Source: Sphingobacteriaceae bacterium (GTDB taxonomy: Bacteria; Bacteroidota; Bacteroidia; UBA7662). Taken from it: a stretch of 64,000 nt of DNA. The translations under genes were made by a program, and so were the position numbers. The DNA is taken from positions 18,144-82,143 of the forward strand of contig PNNG01000030.1 in NCBI GenBank assembly GCA_013824115.1, read 5' to 3'. The stretch's first letter is position 1; the number at the start of each line of letters is the position of its first letter. The notes below the pieces were generated by a model that did not search any database, had not been told where the DNA came from, and saw only the letters and a list, made by a program, of their open reading frames with translations. Shown here piece after piece: positions 1-9,436 of this stretch.

Positions 1-290
1 TGGCGCGGATCGTTCTGGTTTTCGAGTTCCCACATGCTGTCGGCCTCGGCTTCTTTACGCTTCTGCTCGCGCCTTTGCCAACTCAAAGCGGTATTGAGGC
101 AAACGCGGTACAGCCAGGTGCTGAATTGGGCTTTGGCCTCAAACCTGGGCCAGGCAGTGAGGGCTTGCAACACCATTTCCTGAAAAAGGTCGTGCTGCTC
201 ATCGGCCTCGCGCGCATACAAGCGCGATAGCTTGTACACTATGGCTCGGTTCTGGTTGAGTGATTCGAGAAATGCTGCCTGGTTTGCCAT
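1..290 (-). CDS. ECF-type sigma-70 RNA polymerase sigma factor, N-terminal part (gene runs off the left window edge)
   Basis: Own minus-strand translation from the ATG at 290..288 gives MANQAAFLESLNQNRAIVYKLSRLYAREADEQHDLFQEMVLQALTAWPRFEAKAQFSTWLYRVCLNTALSWQRREQK. FSTWLYRVCLNTAL is a typical sigma-70 region 2 signature. The ORF is absent from the ORF track because it has no stop codon in the window. Confidence 0.75.
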   Translation of the reverse strand, partial: MANQAAFLESLNQNRAIVYKLSRLYAREADEQHDLFQEMVLQALTAWPRFEAKAQFSTWLYRVCLNTALSWQRREQKRKEAEADSMWELENQNDPR

Positions 291-291
291 T

Positions 292-1239
292 TCAAATGCC
301 CATAATGACTATGCTGCCTGCGGCATCGGTATTTTCTTTGTCGTAGGTTTTTTTGTCGGGATTCCGAACCGGCTTCACCGTATAGCCAGCCGCTCGCAAC
401 AAGCTTATCAATCCCTGCTCACCTGGTAAATGCAAACTGCCCACGGCTACAAAGGTGCGCTTTTCGCGGAAAAGCTGCTCTAATTGCGGCACCCAAGCCC
501 TGTTGCGGTCGCGGAGGAGTGCATGCATGGGGTCAAGGCCGCTGTCCTGAATTTCTTGGAGCAAGGCCGTCATATCGCTCATGTCCTGATGCAAATAACT
601 TTTGAGCAAGCGCGCCGCAACCAATTGCATGCTGTCGGTTTCATAGATGGTTTTGCGCAAATCGTTGAGTTGAGAGTCTAGCGTGGTATGGTACAGCAGG
701 CCAAATTGTTGATCCAGGGTTTCGAGCGGCACTGTCTTTCTTTTGGTGGATTTGGCTTGTTGAACCAATCCAAAATCGATCCCCGCTCCTGTAAAATTAC
801 GCAGGGTGTCGTTGAGCACGCTTCTGCTGAGTACCAAGGCCAGGGTGTGATGCAAAGCCGCAGGTTTGAGACTGGCCACGGCCTCGAGTCCGGCACCCAA
901 AACCGACTTGCAAAGCGAATCTAAGCTGCTTTTTTCGGCTTCACTGAGCTGTTGCACCCATGCGCCACCATCGGTAGACAGCATCATGGGCATTAGGCGC
1001 ATCATCTCCATTGAATCAACTACCACTTCCACCACCAGCTGTTTGCTTTTTTTGAAGCTCGATTTGGCGATGGGATGATGGTCGAAAAATGAAACCGGCA
1101 CCAGGTGGTGGGTGCCAAACAGGTAGCTTGAACGGCGCAAGCCATTACCGCTCACTTCCCAGAGCAGGGTTTGTTGGGCTTGCAAGCTTTGGGTGCTGAG
1201 CAGCAATCCCAAAATCGATTTAAAAAGAAAACGTTTCAT
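292..1239 (-). CDS. TraB/GumN family protein (secreted)
   Basis: Start trimmed to MKRFLFKSILGLLLSTQSLQAQ (signal peptide; ATG at 1239). Motifs are LLWEVSGNG..SYLFGTHHL near the N-terminus and FVAVGSLHLPGEQGLISLLRAAGYTVKPV at the C-terminus, as in GumN/TraB proteins. Confidence 0.7.
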   Translation of the reverse strand: MKRFLFKSILGLLLSTQSLQAQQTLLWEVSGNGLRRSSYLFGTHHLVPVSFFDHHPIAKSSFKKSKQLVVEVVVDSMEMMRLMPMMLSTDGGAWVQQLSEAEKSSLDSLCKSVLGAGLEAVASLKPAALHHTLALVLSRSVLNDTLRNFTGAGIDFGLVQQAKSTKRKTVPLETLDQQFGLLYHTTLDSQLNDLRKTIYETDSMQLVAARLLKSYLHQDMSDMTALLQEIQDSGLDPMHALLRDRNRAWVPQLEQLFREKRTFVAVGSLHLPGEQGLISLLRAAGYTVKPVRNPDKKTYDKENTDAAGSIVIMGI

Positions 1240-1366
1240 GGTGTTAAGTTGATTAGTTGTCCCATTAGTGCTGCAAGCACCGCCAATCTTACAAGCTTCC
1301 AAAAAAAAGGAATGCGGTAAACACATTTCAATGACTGCCAAGCATGGGCCGTGTAGCCTTCCCTGT

Positions 1367-1417
1367 GCAGCATCCCCAGCGCAGCATCCCCAGCGCAGCA
1401 TCCCCAGCGTAGCATCA
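1367..1417. repeat. 14-bp tandem repeat GCAGCATCCCCAGC, 3 perfect copies plus a partial one
   Basis: Perfect copies read directly at 1367-1380, 1381-1394 and 1395-1408, followed by the degenerate partial copy gtagcatca. Lies in the divergent intergenic region between the TraB/GumN gene and the NifU-like gene. Confidence 0.9.
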
Positions 1418-1446
1418 ACTTGCCCGTTTTTCCCTATTTTTGCCCC

Positions 1447-1698
1447 ATGAGCGATTTGTTTCAGCGGGTAGATCAAGCACTAGAAGGCATCCGTCCTTAC
1501 CTCCAGGCCGATGGCGGCAATGTGAAGTTGTTGGAAGTAACTCCCGACATGATAGTGAAGCTGAGATTGCTGGGCAGTTGCGAGAGCTGTAGCATGAGCG
1601 CCATGACGATGAAGGCAGGTATCGAAAAAACCATTCGTAAGGCCATTCCCGAAATTGTGAGGGTGGATGCCGTGAGCGAAAGTGAAGCCCAGGCCTGA
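1447..1698 (+). CDS. NifU-like (Nfu C-terminal domain) Fe-S cluster protein
   Basis: MSDLFQRVDQALEGIRPYLQADGGNVKLLEV...LGSCESCSMSAMTMKAGIEKTI shows the CxxC NifU C-terminal signature. Start trimmed to the ATG at 1447. Confidence 0.8.
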   Translation: MSDLFQRVDQALEGIRPYLQADGGNVKLLEVTPDMIVKLRLLGSCESCSMSAMTMKAGIEKTIRKAIPEIVRVDAVSESEAQA

Positions 1699-2507
1699 TG
1701 AAGCGACGAGAATTGGTGGGCCAAATCAAGGCCAAAAAATCGTTTTTGTGCGTAGGCCTCGATGCCGACATCCACAAACTCCCCAAACACCTGCTGCAAG
1801 ATGCAGATCCCGTTTTTGCATTTAACCAAGCCATCATCGACGCTACCGCCGATTTGGCCGTAGCCTATAAACCCAATTTGGCCTTTTACGAAAGTTTGGG
1901 CGTAAGGGGCTGGGACAGCCTGCAGCGCACCCTCGAGTACATTCCGGCCGATTGTTTCACCATAGCCGACGCCAAGCGGGGCGATATTGGTAATACCGCC
2001 GATATGTATGCCCGCACCTTTTTTAACACTTACGATTTCGATTCGGTAACCGTAAATCCCTATATGGGAGAAGATTCGGTAACTCCCTTTCTGAAGTTTG
2101 AGGGAAAGTGGGCCATTGTATTGGGACTCACTTCCAATGCCGGTGCTGCCGATTTTCAATATTTCACCAACGAAGCAGGGACCCCGCTGTACAAGCACGC
2201 CATGCAAAAAATGGCCAGCTGGGGCACACCCGAAAATTTGATGTATGTGGTAGGAGCCACCCGCCCGGCTGAACTGGGCGAACTGCGCCAAATGCTGCCC
2301 GAGCATTTTTTTCTTGTTCCGGGCGTGGGGGCACAGGGCGGAAGCTTGGCTGAGGTATATGAAAATGGCGCTAATGCCGATGTGGGCTTGCTGGTGAATG
2401 CTTCGCGCAGTATTTTGTATGCTTCGTCGGGCCCCGACTTTGCCGAGGCTGCTCGTGCCGAAGCCATGCGCTTGCAGCTAGAAATGGCTGCTTTAATGGA
2501 GCAGTAG
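1698..2507 (+). CDS. pyrF: Orotidine 5'-phosphate decarboxylase (long type 2 form)
   Basis: Motifs are FLCVGLDAD, AYKPNLAFYE, TIADAKRGDIGNT and LVPGVGAQGG. The ATG overlaps the TGA stop of the upstream gene by 1 nt. Confidence 0.85.
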   Translation: MKRRELVGQIKAKKSFLCVGLDADIHKLPKHLLQDADPVFAFNQAIIDATADLAVAYKPNLAFYESLGVRGWDSLQRTLEYIPADCFTIADAKRGDIGNTADMYARTFFNTYDFDSVTVNPYMGEDSVTPFLKFEGKWAIVLGLTSNAGAADFQYFTNEAGTPLYKHAMQKMASWGTPENLMYVVGATRPAELGELRQMLPEHFFLVPGVGAQGGSLAEVYENGANADVGLLVNASRSILYASSGPDFAEAARAEAMRLQLEMAALMEQ

Positions 2508-2649
2508 ATATAAGCCTGCATCACGAACAAGTGCCGAACTACCGCTATAAGGGAGGGAGTAGTGGGCTTAGGTGGTAGCTGAAATAATAAATGGTGTTTT
2601 AATTTGGTTGAGTAACACAGGGCAGCTATATTTCGGAAACAATTCTTGC

Positions 2650-4173
2650 ATGAAGTACTTTTTTTTCACCGCCCTGTTGTGGCTAAGCTTCGTCAGCACC
2701 CAAGCGCAACTTACCCAGCTGCAACGCACCGAGATCGAAATCAGTGAAAATGGCACCGATAATCAATTGGCCATGGGTACTTATGGCATATTGCTATTTG
2801 GCGGCATTAACTCCGAAAGTAAACTGAACTACGAAGTCACGCGTTACGATACCACATTCAAAAAAGTAGGCTCCAAACAATTCGAAATTCCGGCCAAAGC
2901 CGGTTTGGTTGATAGGCTAGTGAGCAGCGATGGCCAAACGCTTCACTTGCTTTTTCAGCGAAAAAAGAACCTTACCGTATACAGTTACAATGTGGTTGAT
3001 GGCAGCTTGAAAGTCTTGGGTGTAAAGCTTGTCAACTCAAATCCACTCGAGGCTGCCGCCCTTTTGGGAAAGCATCTGTACGTATGGACACAAATGAAAA
3101 AAATGCCCTTATTGTCGATGATCAACCTTTCTAATGGCAGGAATACAGCCATGGTATTACCCATGCAAACGCCTATGGCAAATATCAAAAGCATGGTAGC
3201 TAACAATGAAAAAGGCATGCTTACAGTGGCTGTTCAAGGTGGTTACAGCAAAAAGAATGTGCGAAAAACGCACTTCGAAATATTTTTCTTCAATGAAGGC
3301 AAAAGCCAGCCTACTTCCAGCATGCCACTTCAAAATGAGGAAGGCAAATCGACCGTAGATGCCCTGGTTACTTGGCAAGGAACGGAATCGTTTTTGGTTA
3401 CCGGCACCTATTCGCTCGACAAGGATGCCTTGGCCAATGGCCTTTACCTGGCCCTTTACGAACAAGGTAAACAGCGCTGGATTCGCTATCACAACTTCGC
3501 CGATATGGGCAATTTTTTCACTTATCTCAATAAAAAGAAACAAGTCAAGGCTGAAAAAGCAGTTCAAAAGAAGAAGGCCAAAGGAAAAGAAGACCCTATT
3601 GAAGTATTGATGTCGAGTCACGAAGTAGAGCGCCTAGCCAATCAATATGTGTTGGTCGCCGAACGCTATTATCCTACCTACCGCACCGTAACGCATACCT
3701 ACATGGTAAATGGCCAAATGCAAACCCAAAATTTTGTAGTTTTTGATGGATATGCGTATTCCCATGCGGTAGCATTGGGACTCGATGAGCGTGGTAATAA
3801 ACTTTGGGACCACTGTTTTGAGCTCGAAAACCTGGGTAAAAGCTACAGCGTGGTGCATCACGTTAAAAAACTGACTAGGAAAAATGAAATTCGCTTGTTT
3901 TACCCTGCAACCACTAATTTCAAAGCCATGCGCATTACGGGTGATGCAGGCATCAGTTCGCGTGATTTGGGAAGCATTGCCCCCGAAAATCCGGAAATAA
4001 AGGTGAAATGGAGCGCCGATCTGAACGCCCAATATTGGTATGGCGACTTTGTTTTGGTAAGTGGTTTGCAGCGCATCAAAGAAGACGAAGGCCGTAAAAA
4101 ACGCCGCACGATCTTTTTCTTATCGAAAGTCCAATTAAATACCGACTTGTCGTTTGAGGGCAAGGGGGAATGA
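2650..4173 (+). CDS. Hypothetical secreted protein
   Basis: Signal peptide MKYFFFTALLWLSFVSTQAQ from the ATG at 2650. Contains an internal Lys-rich stretch KKKQVKAEKAVQKKKAKGKE. No family recognised. Confidence 0.5.
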   Translation: MKYFFFTALLWLSFVSTQAQLTQLQRTEIEISENGTDNQLAMGTYGILLFGGINSESKLNYEVTRYDTTFKKVGSKQFEIPAKAGLVDRLVSSDGQTLHLLFQRKKNLTVYSYNVVDGSLKVLGVKLVNSNPLEAAALLGKHLYVWTQMKKMPLLSMINLSNGRNTAMVLPMQTPMANIKSMVANNEKGMLTVAVQGGYSKKNVRKTHFEIFFFNEGKSQPTSSMPLQNEEGKSTVDALVTWQGTESFLVTGTYSLDKDALANGLYLALYEQGKQRWIRYHNFADMGNFFTYLNKKKQVKAEKAVQKKKAKGKEDPIEVLMSSHEVERLANQYVLVAERYYPTYRTVTHTYMVNGQMQTQNFVVFDGYAYSHAVALGLDERGNKLWDHCFELENLGKSYSVVHHVKKLTRKNEIRLFYPATTNFKAMRITGDAGISSRDLGSIAPENPEIKVKWSADLNAQYWYGDFVLVSGLQRIKEDEGRKKRRTIFFLSKVQLNTDLSFEGKGE

Positions 4174-4405
4174 ACATTCGGAACCAAGCAAATAATTAGG
4201 GAAAAATGTTAGGCAAATGCAATTGATTAGGCAGAGGTCGGAGATCTTCGATCTGCCGATAGTCGTCAACGGGTAGCGGTCAGCCGTCTGCAAATAGCCA
4301 AATGCCGAATGCCAAAAGCAGAATGATTGCCGCACATTGTTTTCACAATCAGGCCGAAAGCTCACAAAGAGCACGTATTTTTGCACTCCGAATTTTTTTT
4401 TTGAA

Positions 4406-5944
4406 ATGTCACACCTTTCTGAACAGGAAATCATCCGCCGCCAGGCACTAGAAGCGCTGCAAGCAAGTGGCGTAAACCCTTATCCCAGCGAAGCATTTGC
4501 AGTAACGCACCACAGCAGCGATATTAAAAAGGGCTTTGAGGATGAAAAGGCGGGTGAATGGACCGAAGTACGTTTGGCAGGCCGCTTGATGAGCCGCCGC
4601 ATCATGGGCAAGGCTTCGTTTGCCGAAATTCAGGATGCCAAAGGCCGCATTCAAATTTACCTGAACCGCGACGAACTCTGCCCTGGTGACGACAAAAGCC
4701 TCTACAACGAGGTCTTCAAAAAACATTGCGACATCGGTGACTTCATCGGCGTGAAGGGCTTTGTATTTCGTACTCAGGTGGGCGAAATCAGCTTGCATGT
4801 GCAGGAATTCACTTTCCTGAGCAAAAGTTTGCGTCCCTTGCCGGTGGTAAAGCGCGATGAGGAAGGCCACGTATACGACGGCTTCACCGATCCCGAACAG
4901 CGCTACCGCATGCGGTATGTCGACCTGGTGGTAAACCCCGAGGTAAAAGACATCTTCATCAAACGCTCGCAAATGGTAAATACCATGCGTCAGTTCTTCA
5001 ACAAAGAAGGCTTTTTGGAAGTAGAAACCCCCATTTTGCAGCCCATTTACGGCGGTGCTGCGGCGCGTCCGTTCAAAACGCACCACAATACGCTCGACAT
5101 GACGCTTTATTTGCGCATAGCGAACGAATTGTACCTAAAGCGTTTGATTGTAGGCGGTTTTGATGGGGTGTATGAGTTCTCCAAAGATTTCCGCAACGAA
5201 GGCATGAGCCGCTTCCACAATCCTGAGTTTACCCAGGTAGAGCTGTATGTAGCGTACAAGGACTACCTCTGGATGATGGACATGACCGAGGAGCTTGTTG
5301 AAAAAATCGCGCTCGAATTGCACGGCAGCACCAAAGTTCAGGTGGGTAACAACACCATCGACTTTGCCCGCCCATGGAAGCGCTTCAGCATGTACGAGGC
5401 CATTCAGGAATATACCGGCATCGACATCAGCGAGATGGACGAAGCCACCATGGCTGCCACTGCCAAAAAATTGGGGGTAGAAGTAGATGCCACCATGGGT
5501 CGCGCCAAACTAATTGATGAGATTTTTGGCGAATGTGTAGAAGGCAAGCTGATTCAGCCCACCTTCATCACCGATTATCCGGTGGAGATGTCGCCACTGG
5601 CCAAAAAGCACCGCAGCAAGCCTGGCATGGTAGAGCGCTTTGAAGTGATTTGCAACGGCAAGGAGATCGCCAACAGCTTCTCGGAGCTCAACGACCCTAT
5701 CGACCAGCGTGCCCGTTTTGAGGAGCAGTTGGAGCTCGGCAAGCGCGGCGACGAAGAAGCCATGGTGCTCGACGAGGACTTCCTCCGCGCACTCGAATAC
5801 GGCATGCCACCCACCGCAGGTATTGGCATTGGCATCGACCGCCTGAGCATGATCATGACCAACAGCAACAGCATTCAGGAAGTGCTGTTTTTCCCGCAAA
5901 TGCGTCCCGAAAAGAAGGCTGAAGGCAAAACCGAAGGAGAATAA
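4406..5944 (+). CDS. lysS: Lysine--tRNA ligase (class II)
   Basis: Start trimmed to [13 protein letters not shown]. Motifs are [38 protein letters not shown] and [12 protein letters not shown]. Confidence 0.95.
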   Translation: MSHLSEQEIIRRQALEALQASGVNPYPSEAFAVTHHSSDIKKGFEDEKAGEWTEVRLAGRLMSRRIMGKASFAEIQDAKGRIQIYLNRDELCPGDDKSLYNEVFKKHCDIGDFIGVKGFVFRTQVGEISLHVQEFTFLSKSLRPLPVVKRDEEGHVYDGFTDPEQRYRMRYVDLVVNPEVKDIFIKRSQMVNTMRQFFNKEGFLEVETPILQPIYGGAAARPFKTHHNTLDMTLYLRIANELYLKRLIVGGFDGVYEFSKDFRNEGMSRFHNPEFTQVELYVAYKDYLWMMDMTEELVEKIALELHGSTKVQVGNNTIDFARPWKRFSMYEAIQEYTGIDISEMDEATMAATAKKLGVEVDATMGRAKLIDEIFGECVEGKLIQPTFITDYPVEMSPLAKKHRSKPGMVERFEVICNGKEIANSFSELNDPIDQRARFEEQLELGKRGDEEAMVLDEDFLRALEYGMPPTAGIGIGIDRLSMIMTNSNSIQEVLFFPQMRPEKKAEGKTEGE

Positions 5945-5946
5945 TT

Positions 5947-6828
5947 TTGCAGATACCAGCTTACCATCCCACCCATTGGCAGGAGTACGAGCTGCTTGAC
6001 TGCGGCAACTTCGAAAAGCTGGAGCGCTTTGGCGAGCTGGTGCTCATTCGTCCCGAACCCCAGGCGCTTTGGCAGCCTGTTTGGCCCGATAGCGAATGGA
6101 AAAAATTGGCCCATGGCCGTTTTGAGCAGCAGGGCAGCAATTCGGGCAGATGGGTGGCCCTCAAAAAACAACTGCCCGAAAATTGGCAGCTGAGTTACAA
6201 AAGTCGACATCTCGATTTGCGCTTCCGTTTGGCGCTCACCGCCTTTAAGCATGTGGGTGTTTTTCCGGAGCAAGCCGATAATTGGGAATACATTTACCGC
6301 CAAGTGCGTGAGCTGGGCAAGGGTGCACGTGTGCTGAACTTGTTCGCTTACACAGGAGGTGCCTCGCTGGCGGCCAAACAAGCCGGCGCCGATGTGATTC
6401 ACCTCGATTCGGTAAAGCAAGTGGTGAGCTGGTCGCGCCAGAACATGGAGCTCAGCAAGCTCACCGACATCCGCTGGCTGGTGGAAGATGCTCGTAAATT
6501 TGTGCAGCGGGAAGTAAAACGCGGTCGTACCTACCACGGCATCATGCTCGATCCGCCGGCTTACGGACTCGGTCCGAATGGCGAACGTTGGAAGCTCGAA
6601 GAACAGCTGGGTCCCATGATGGAGGATGTATTTCAGCTCCTCGATCCTGAAAAGCACTTTTTGGTGTTGAATGCGTATTCGCTGGGCCTCTCGAGCTTGA
6701 TTTTGCAGAATTTTTTATCGCCCCGCTACAAGCCCGACCAATTTGAAACGGGCGAGTTGTACCTCGAAGCGCGTTCGGGCATCAAATTGCCTTTGGGCGT
6801 TTTCGGCCGAGCGGAGCACAAGCGCTAA
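5947..6828 (+). CDS. Class I SAM-dependent methyltransferase (RlmI/RlmK-like Methyltrans_SAM domain)
   Basis: VLNLFAYTGGASLAAKQAGA is a glycine-rich SAM-binding loop, and GIMLDPPAY is the catalytic DPP motif. TTG start as given in the ORF track. Confidence 0.7.
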   Translation: MQIPAYHPTHWQEYELLDCGNFEKLERFGELVLIRPEPQALWQPVWPDSEWKKLAHGRFEQQGSNSGRWVALKKQLPENWQLSYKSRHLDLRFRLALTAFKHVGVFPEQADNWEYIYRQVRELGKGARVLNLFAYTGGASLAAKQAGADVIHLDSVKQVVSWSRQNMELSKLTDIRWLVEDARKFVQREVKRGRTYHGIMLDPPAYGLGPNGERWKLEEQLGPMMEDVFQLLDPEKHFLVLNAYSLGLSSLILQNFLSPRYKPDQFETGELYLEARSGIKLPLGVFGRAEHKR

Positions 6829-6964
6829 TCCATTTGCGTCATATCCAGCGGGTATTCTGGCTCATTTGGGGTATTCTTATGCCGTCTTCAGGGTATTTTG
6901 GCAGCACTTATTAGGAAGATGACCAGAAACTTTTAAGATTTGAGACTTCAACAAACCTCAAACT

Positions 6965-7396
6965 ATGAAAAAGTTATTCCTCCTCCTGGTGATCATGCTG
7001 GCCGGTGCCAGTTTTTCACATGCTCAACTCGCTAAGGGCAAGTACATGATTGGCGGCAACGTGGGCTTCTCTTCTGGCGGCCCTAATTGGAATGTTTCCC
7101 CTTCGGTAGGCTATATGTTCACCGACGACATTGGCTTGGGTGCCGATTTGAATGCTTTCGATAACGGCGCTGGATTCGGCTTAGGTCTCGGCCTTGCTGC
7201 CCGCAAGTACTGGAACATCATGGACAATACTTATTTGTATGGCCATGCTGGCTTGAACCTCGGTGTAGTTGGTGGAGGTGGCGTTGGGGTGAATATCTAC
7301 CCTGGTGTAATGTACTTCCTCAACGACCGTTTGGCCATCGATGGTCGTTTGAATGGATTATCGGGCGGTGGCTTGGGCATGTCGCTCCTTTTCTAA
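6965..7396 (+). CDS. Small outer-membrane beta-barrel protein
   Basis: Signal peptide MKKLFLLLVIMLAGASFSHAQ, Gly-rich alternating beta-strand pattern, and a C-terminal aromatic residue (..GMSLLF). Confidence 0.65.
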   Translation: MKKLFLLLVIMLAGASFSHAQLAKGKYMIGGNVGFSSGGPNWNVSPSVGYMFTDDIGLGADLNAFDNGAGFGLGLGLAARKYWNIMDNTYLYGHAGLNLGVVGGGGVGVNIYPGVMYFLNDRLAIDGRLNGLSGGGLGMSLLF

Positions 7397-7413
7397 AAAG
7401 CCTCAGTTTTACG

Positions 7414-7438
7414 AACCCTGCTCAGGCAGGGTTTTTTT
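7414..7438 (+). terminator. Rho-independent terminator
   Basis: Hairpin ccctgc..gcaggg followed by a T7 run, directly after the stop at 7396. Confidence 0.7.
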
Positions 7439-7470
7439 ATGCCGTTTTTTCGCTCAAGGGCAATTTGCGA

Positions 7471-7700
7471 TTAAAGTATCTGCCCGAAACCAAAGAAAAA
7501 TTGCCCGCCTTCCCGGCTATGGCCGTAGTCGAGCCGCACAATGGTCGACTGGTTCCAAGCGATGCAGCCTCCCAAGTCGGGTGCCGCCCGCCAGCCTCGG
7601 AAGCTGAAATCGCCCGGACGATCCCAAACGCTGCCCATGTCGAAAAAGGGCGTAAGGCCCAGGGCCAAGTGCTGTTTCAGAAAGCGCTTTTTGTGCAGAA
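7471..7700 (-). pseudogene. Remnant of the C-terminus of an Omp85/BamA-type (bacterial surface antigen) beta-barrel gene
   Basis: Minus-frame translation ..KQHLALGLTPFFDMGSVWDRPGDFSFRGWRAAPDLGGCIAWNQSTIVRLDYGHSREGGQFFFGFGQIL* matches the last roughly 70 residues of Omp85 barrels (FxDxGxVW ... RLDYG ... FxFxxGQxF). There is no start codon and no room for the rest of the gene, because the yfcC-like gene ends at 7722. Confidence 0.5.
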
Positions 7701-7721
7701 ATGAACACTTCTGATCCCGAT

Positions 7722-9317
7722 TTAAAACCCGGGGAGTTGCCACAATACAGGAGGCAGTAACAACAACGCACCAGTGACCAAGAGCAGCAGTTGCAGCGGC
7801 AACATGAATTTGAACCACTGCGCATACTCAATGCGTGCCATGCCCAACACCCCAATGAGCACCCCCGAAGTGGGTGTAATGAGGTTCGTGAAGCCATCGC
7901 CAAATTGAAAGGCGAGTACGGCTGTCTGTCGCGAAATGCCTAATAAATCGGCAAGCGGTGCCATAACGGGCATGGTAAGCGCAGCTTGTCCCGAGCCCGA
8001 AGGCACCAAAATATTGATGCCCGTTTGCACCGCAAACATTACTTCTGCCGCCCAGGCTTTGGGCAGGTCTTTGAACAAATTGGCGGTATGGTACAGTATG
8101 GCATCTATGATGAGGCCTTGTTCTAAAATCACCAAAATGCCTGCGGCCAAGCCCACTACCAGGGCCGCTGAGGCCATATCGCGGGCTCCGGCCAAAAACT
8201 CATGTACAAAATTATCGGCACTTTGCTGCATCACCCCAGCGTTTGCCACCGCCATGGCCAGAAATACAGCTGCAATTTCTTCCATATACCAGCCATGGGC
8301 CATTACGCCCACCACAATGCCGCCAATGGCCAAGCTGAGATGAAATAGCAGCAGGTAGTAAACCGATTGTCGGAGTAACCAAAGTCCACCCACGGCATAC
8401 AGCATAACCAAAAAGGGAATAGTAGGCACTTGCCACTGCTTTCCACCGGCCTCGAAAGTGCTGAGTGGATAAAACCAGGCAAAGCAAAGCATGCTCACTA
8501 ACAGCAAAAACCAACTTACATAAGCCGAAGTGCTTCCCTTGCGGTGTGCCGGCAATTCGGTATTACTGGCCGCTTGTTCGTTCCACCAGGCATTGGCCGA
8601 GGCACAAAAGCTCCGGTCGGCAAACTTACCCCAGCGATGCGCATACCACAAAACATAACCGATGCCTACGGTAGTAATAATGACAAAACAAAAAAGCCGA
8701 TATTCCAGTCCGCTAAACGGCTGCACCCCGGCAATGCCCTGGGCCACGCCAATGGTAAACGGATTGAGCAAGGCACCTGCAAAGCCCAGCGCAGCGCCTA
8801 CAAAACACATGGATACGCCTACAATGGCATCATAACCAAGTGAGCGCGACAGAGGCACGAAAAGCAGCACGAAGGGAATGGTTTCTTCGCTCATGCCAAA
8901 AACAGCCCCAAAAACAGCAAAAAGCAACATGCAAAGCGCAATCACCAGGTTCCCACCACCCAAACGCGCTGCCCAGGGGGCTTTTTCTAACTGTTGAATG
9001 CGCTTTACGAGCGATAAAATCCCCAAATCGAGTGCTCTGCTGTTTTGTAATTGAAAGAATACCCCACCCACTATAAATATGAAGACGATAATACCCGCCT
9101 GGCGCTCAAAACCCTTGAAAAAGGCCGTGAATATTTGCCAGCTCTGGGGTTGAGCATCTACCGATTGAAACGAACCTGCTACAATAAGCTGCCTCATGCT
9201 TCCATTCACCTCGGTGGCTGCCCGCTCAAATTGTCCACCCGGTAGCAGCCAAGTAGACAGAGCCGCTAAACAGATGACAGCAAAAAGGAGGACGTAGGTA
9301 TGGGGGATTTTGCGCAT
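7722..9317 (-). CDS. YfcC family transporter (putative basic amino acid or C4-dicarboxylate-type carrier)
   Basis: 531 aa polytopic membrane protein. The N-terminus MRKIPHTYVLLFAVICLAALSTWLLPGGQFER and the overall pattern are typical of the YfcC/DcuC-like family. Confidence 0.7.
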   Translation of the reverse strand: MRKIPHTYVLLFAVICLAALSTWLLPGGQFERAATEVNGSMRQLIVAGSFQSVDAQPQSWQIFTAFFKGFERQAGIIVFIFIVGGVFFQLQNSRALDLGILSLVKRIQQLEKAPWAARLGGGNLVIALCMLLFAVFGAVFGMSEETIPFVLLFVPLSRSLGYDAIVGVSMCFVGAALGFAGALLNPFTIGVAQGIAGVQPFSGLEYRLFCFVIITTVGIGYVLWYAHRWGKFADRSFCASANAWWNEQAASNTELPAHRKGSTSAYVSWFLLLVSMLCFAWFYPLSTFEAGGKQWQVPTIPFLVMLYAVGGLWLLRQSVYYLLLFHLSLAIGGIVVGVMAHGWYMEEIAAVFLAMAVANAGVMQQSADNFVHEFLAGARDMASAALVVGLAAGILVILEQGLIIDAILYHTANLFKDLPKAWAAEVMFAVQTGINILVPSGSGQAALTMPVMAPLADLLGISRQTAVLAFQFGDGFTNLITPTSGVLIGVLGMARIEYAQWFKFMLPLQLLLLVTGALLLLPPVLWQLPGF

Positions 9318-9436
9318 AGGTTATTATGTCGATTTTTCGTGATGTATATTGTAGTTGCACGGCTGGCTCGGGCCTGTGGCTGGCTCACACCTGTGGGTGC
9401 ACTCCGTGCTGTGCGCTGGTAGGGGGGCGAGTGAAA

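Noticed and set aside
1497-2306. Long antisense shadow ORFs. This one is 269 aa opposite pyrF. Others are 5875..6657, 20017..20961, 25690..26595, 34632..35192, 45466..46038, 46762..47532 and 48253..49215.
   Set aside because: Each lies entirely inside a confidently identified gene on the other strand and has a low-complexity or atypical composition. They are frame shadows of moderately GC-rich coding DNA.
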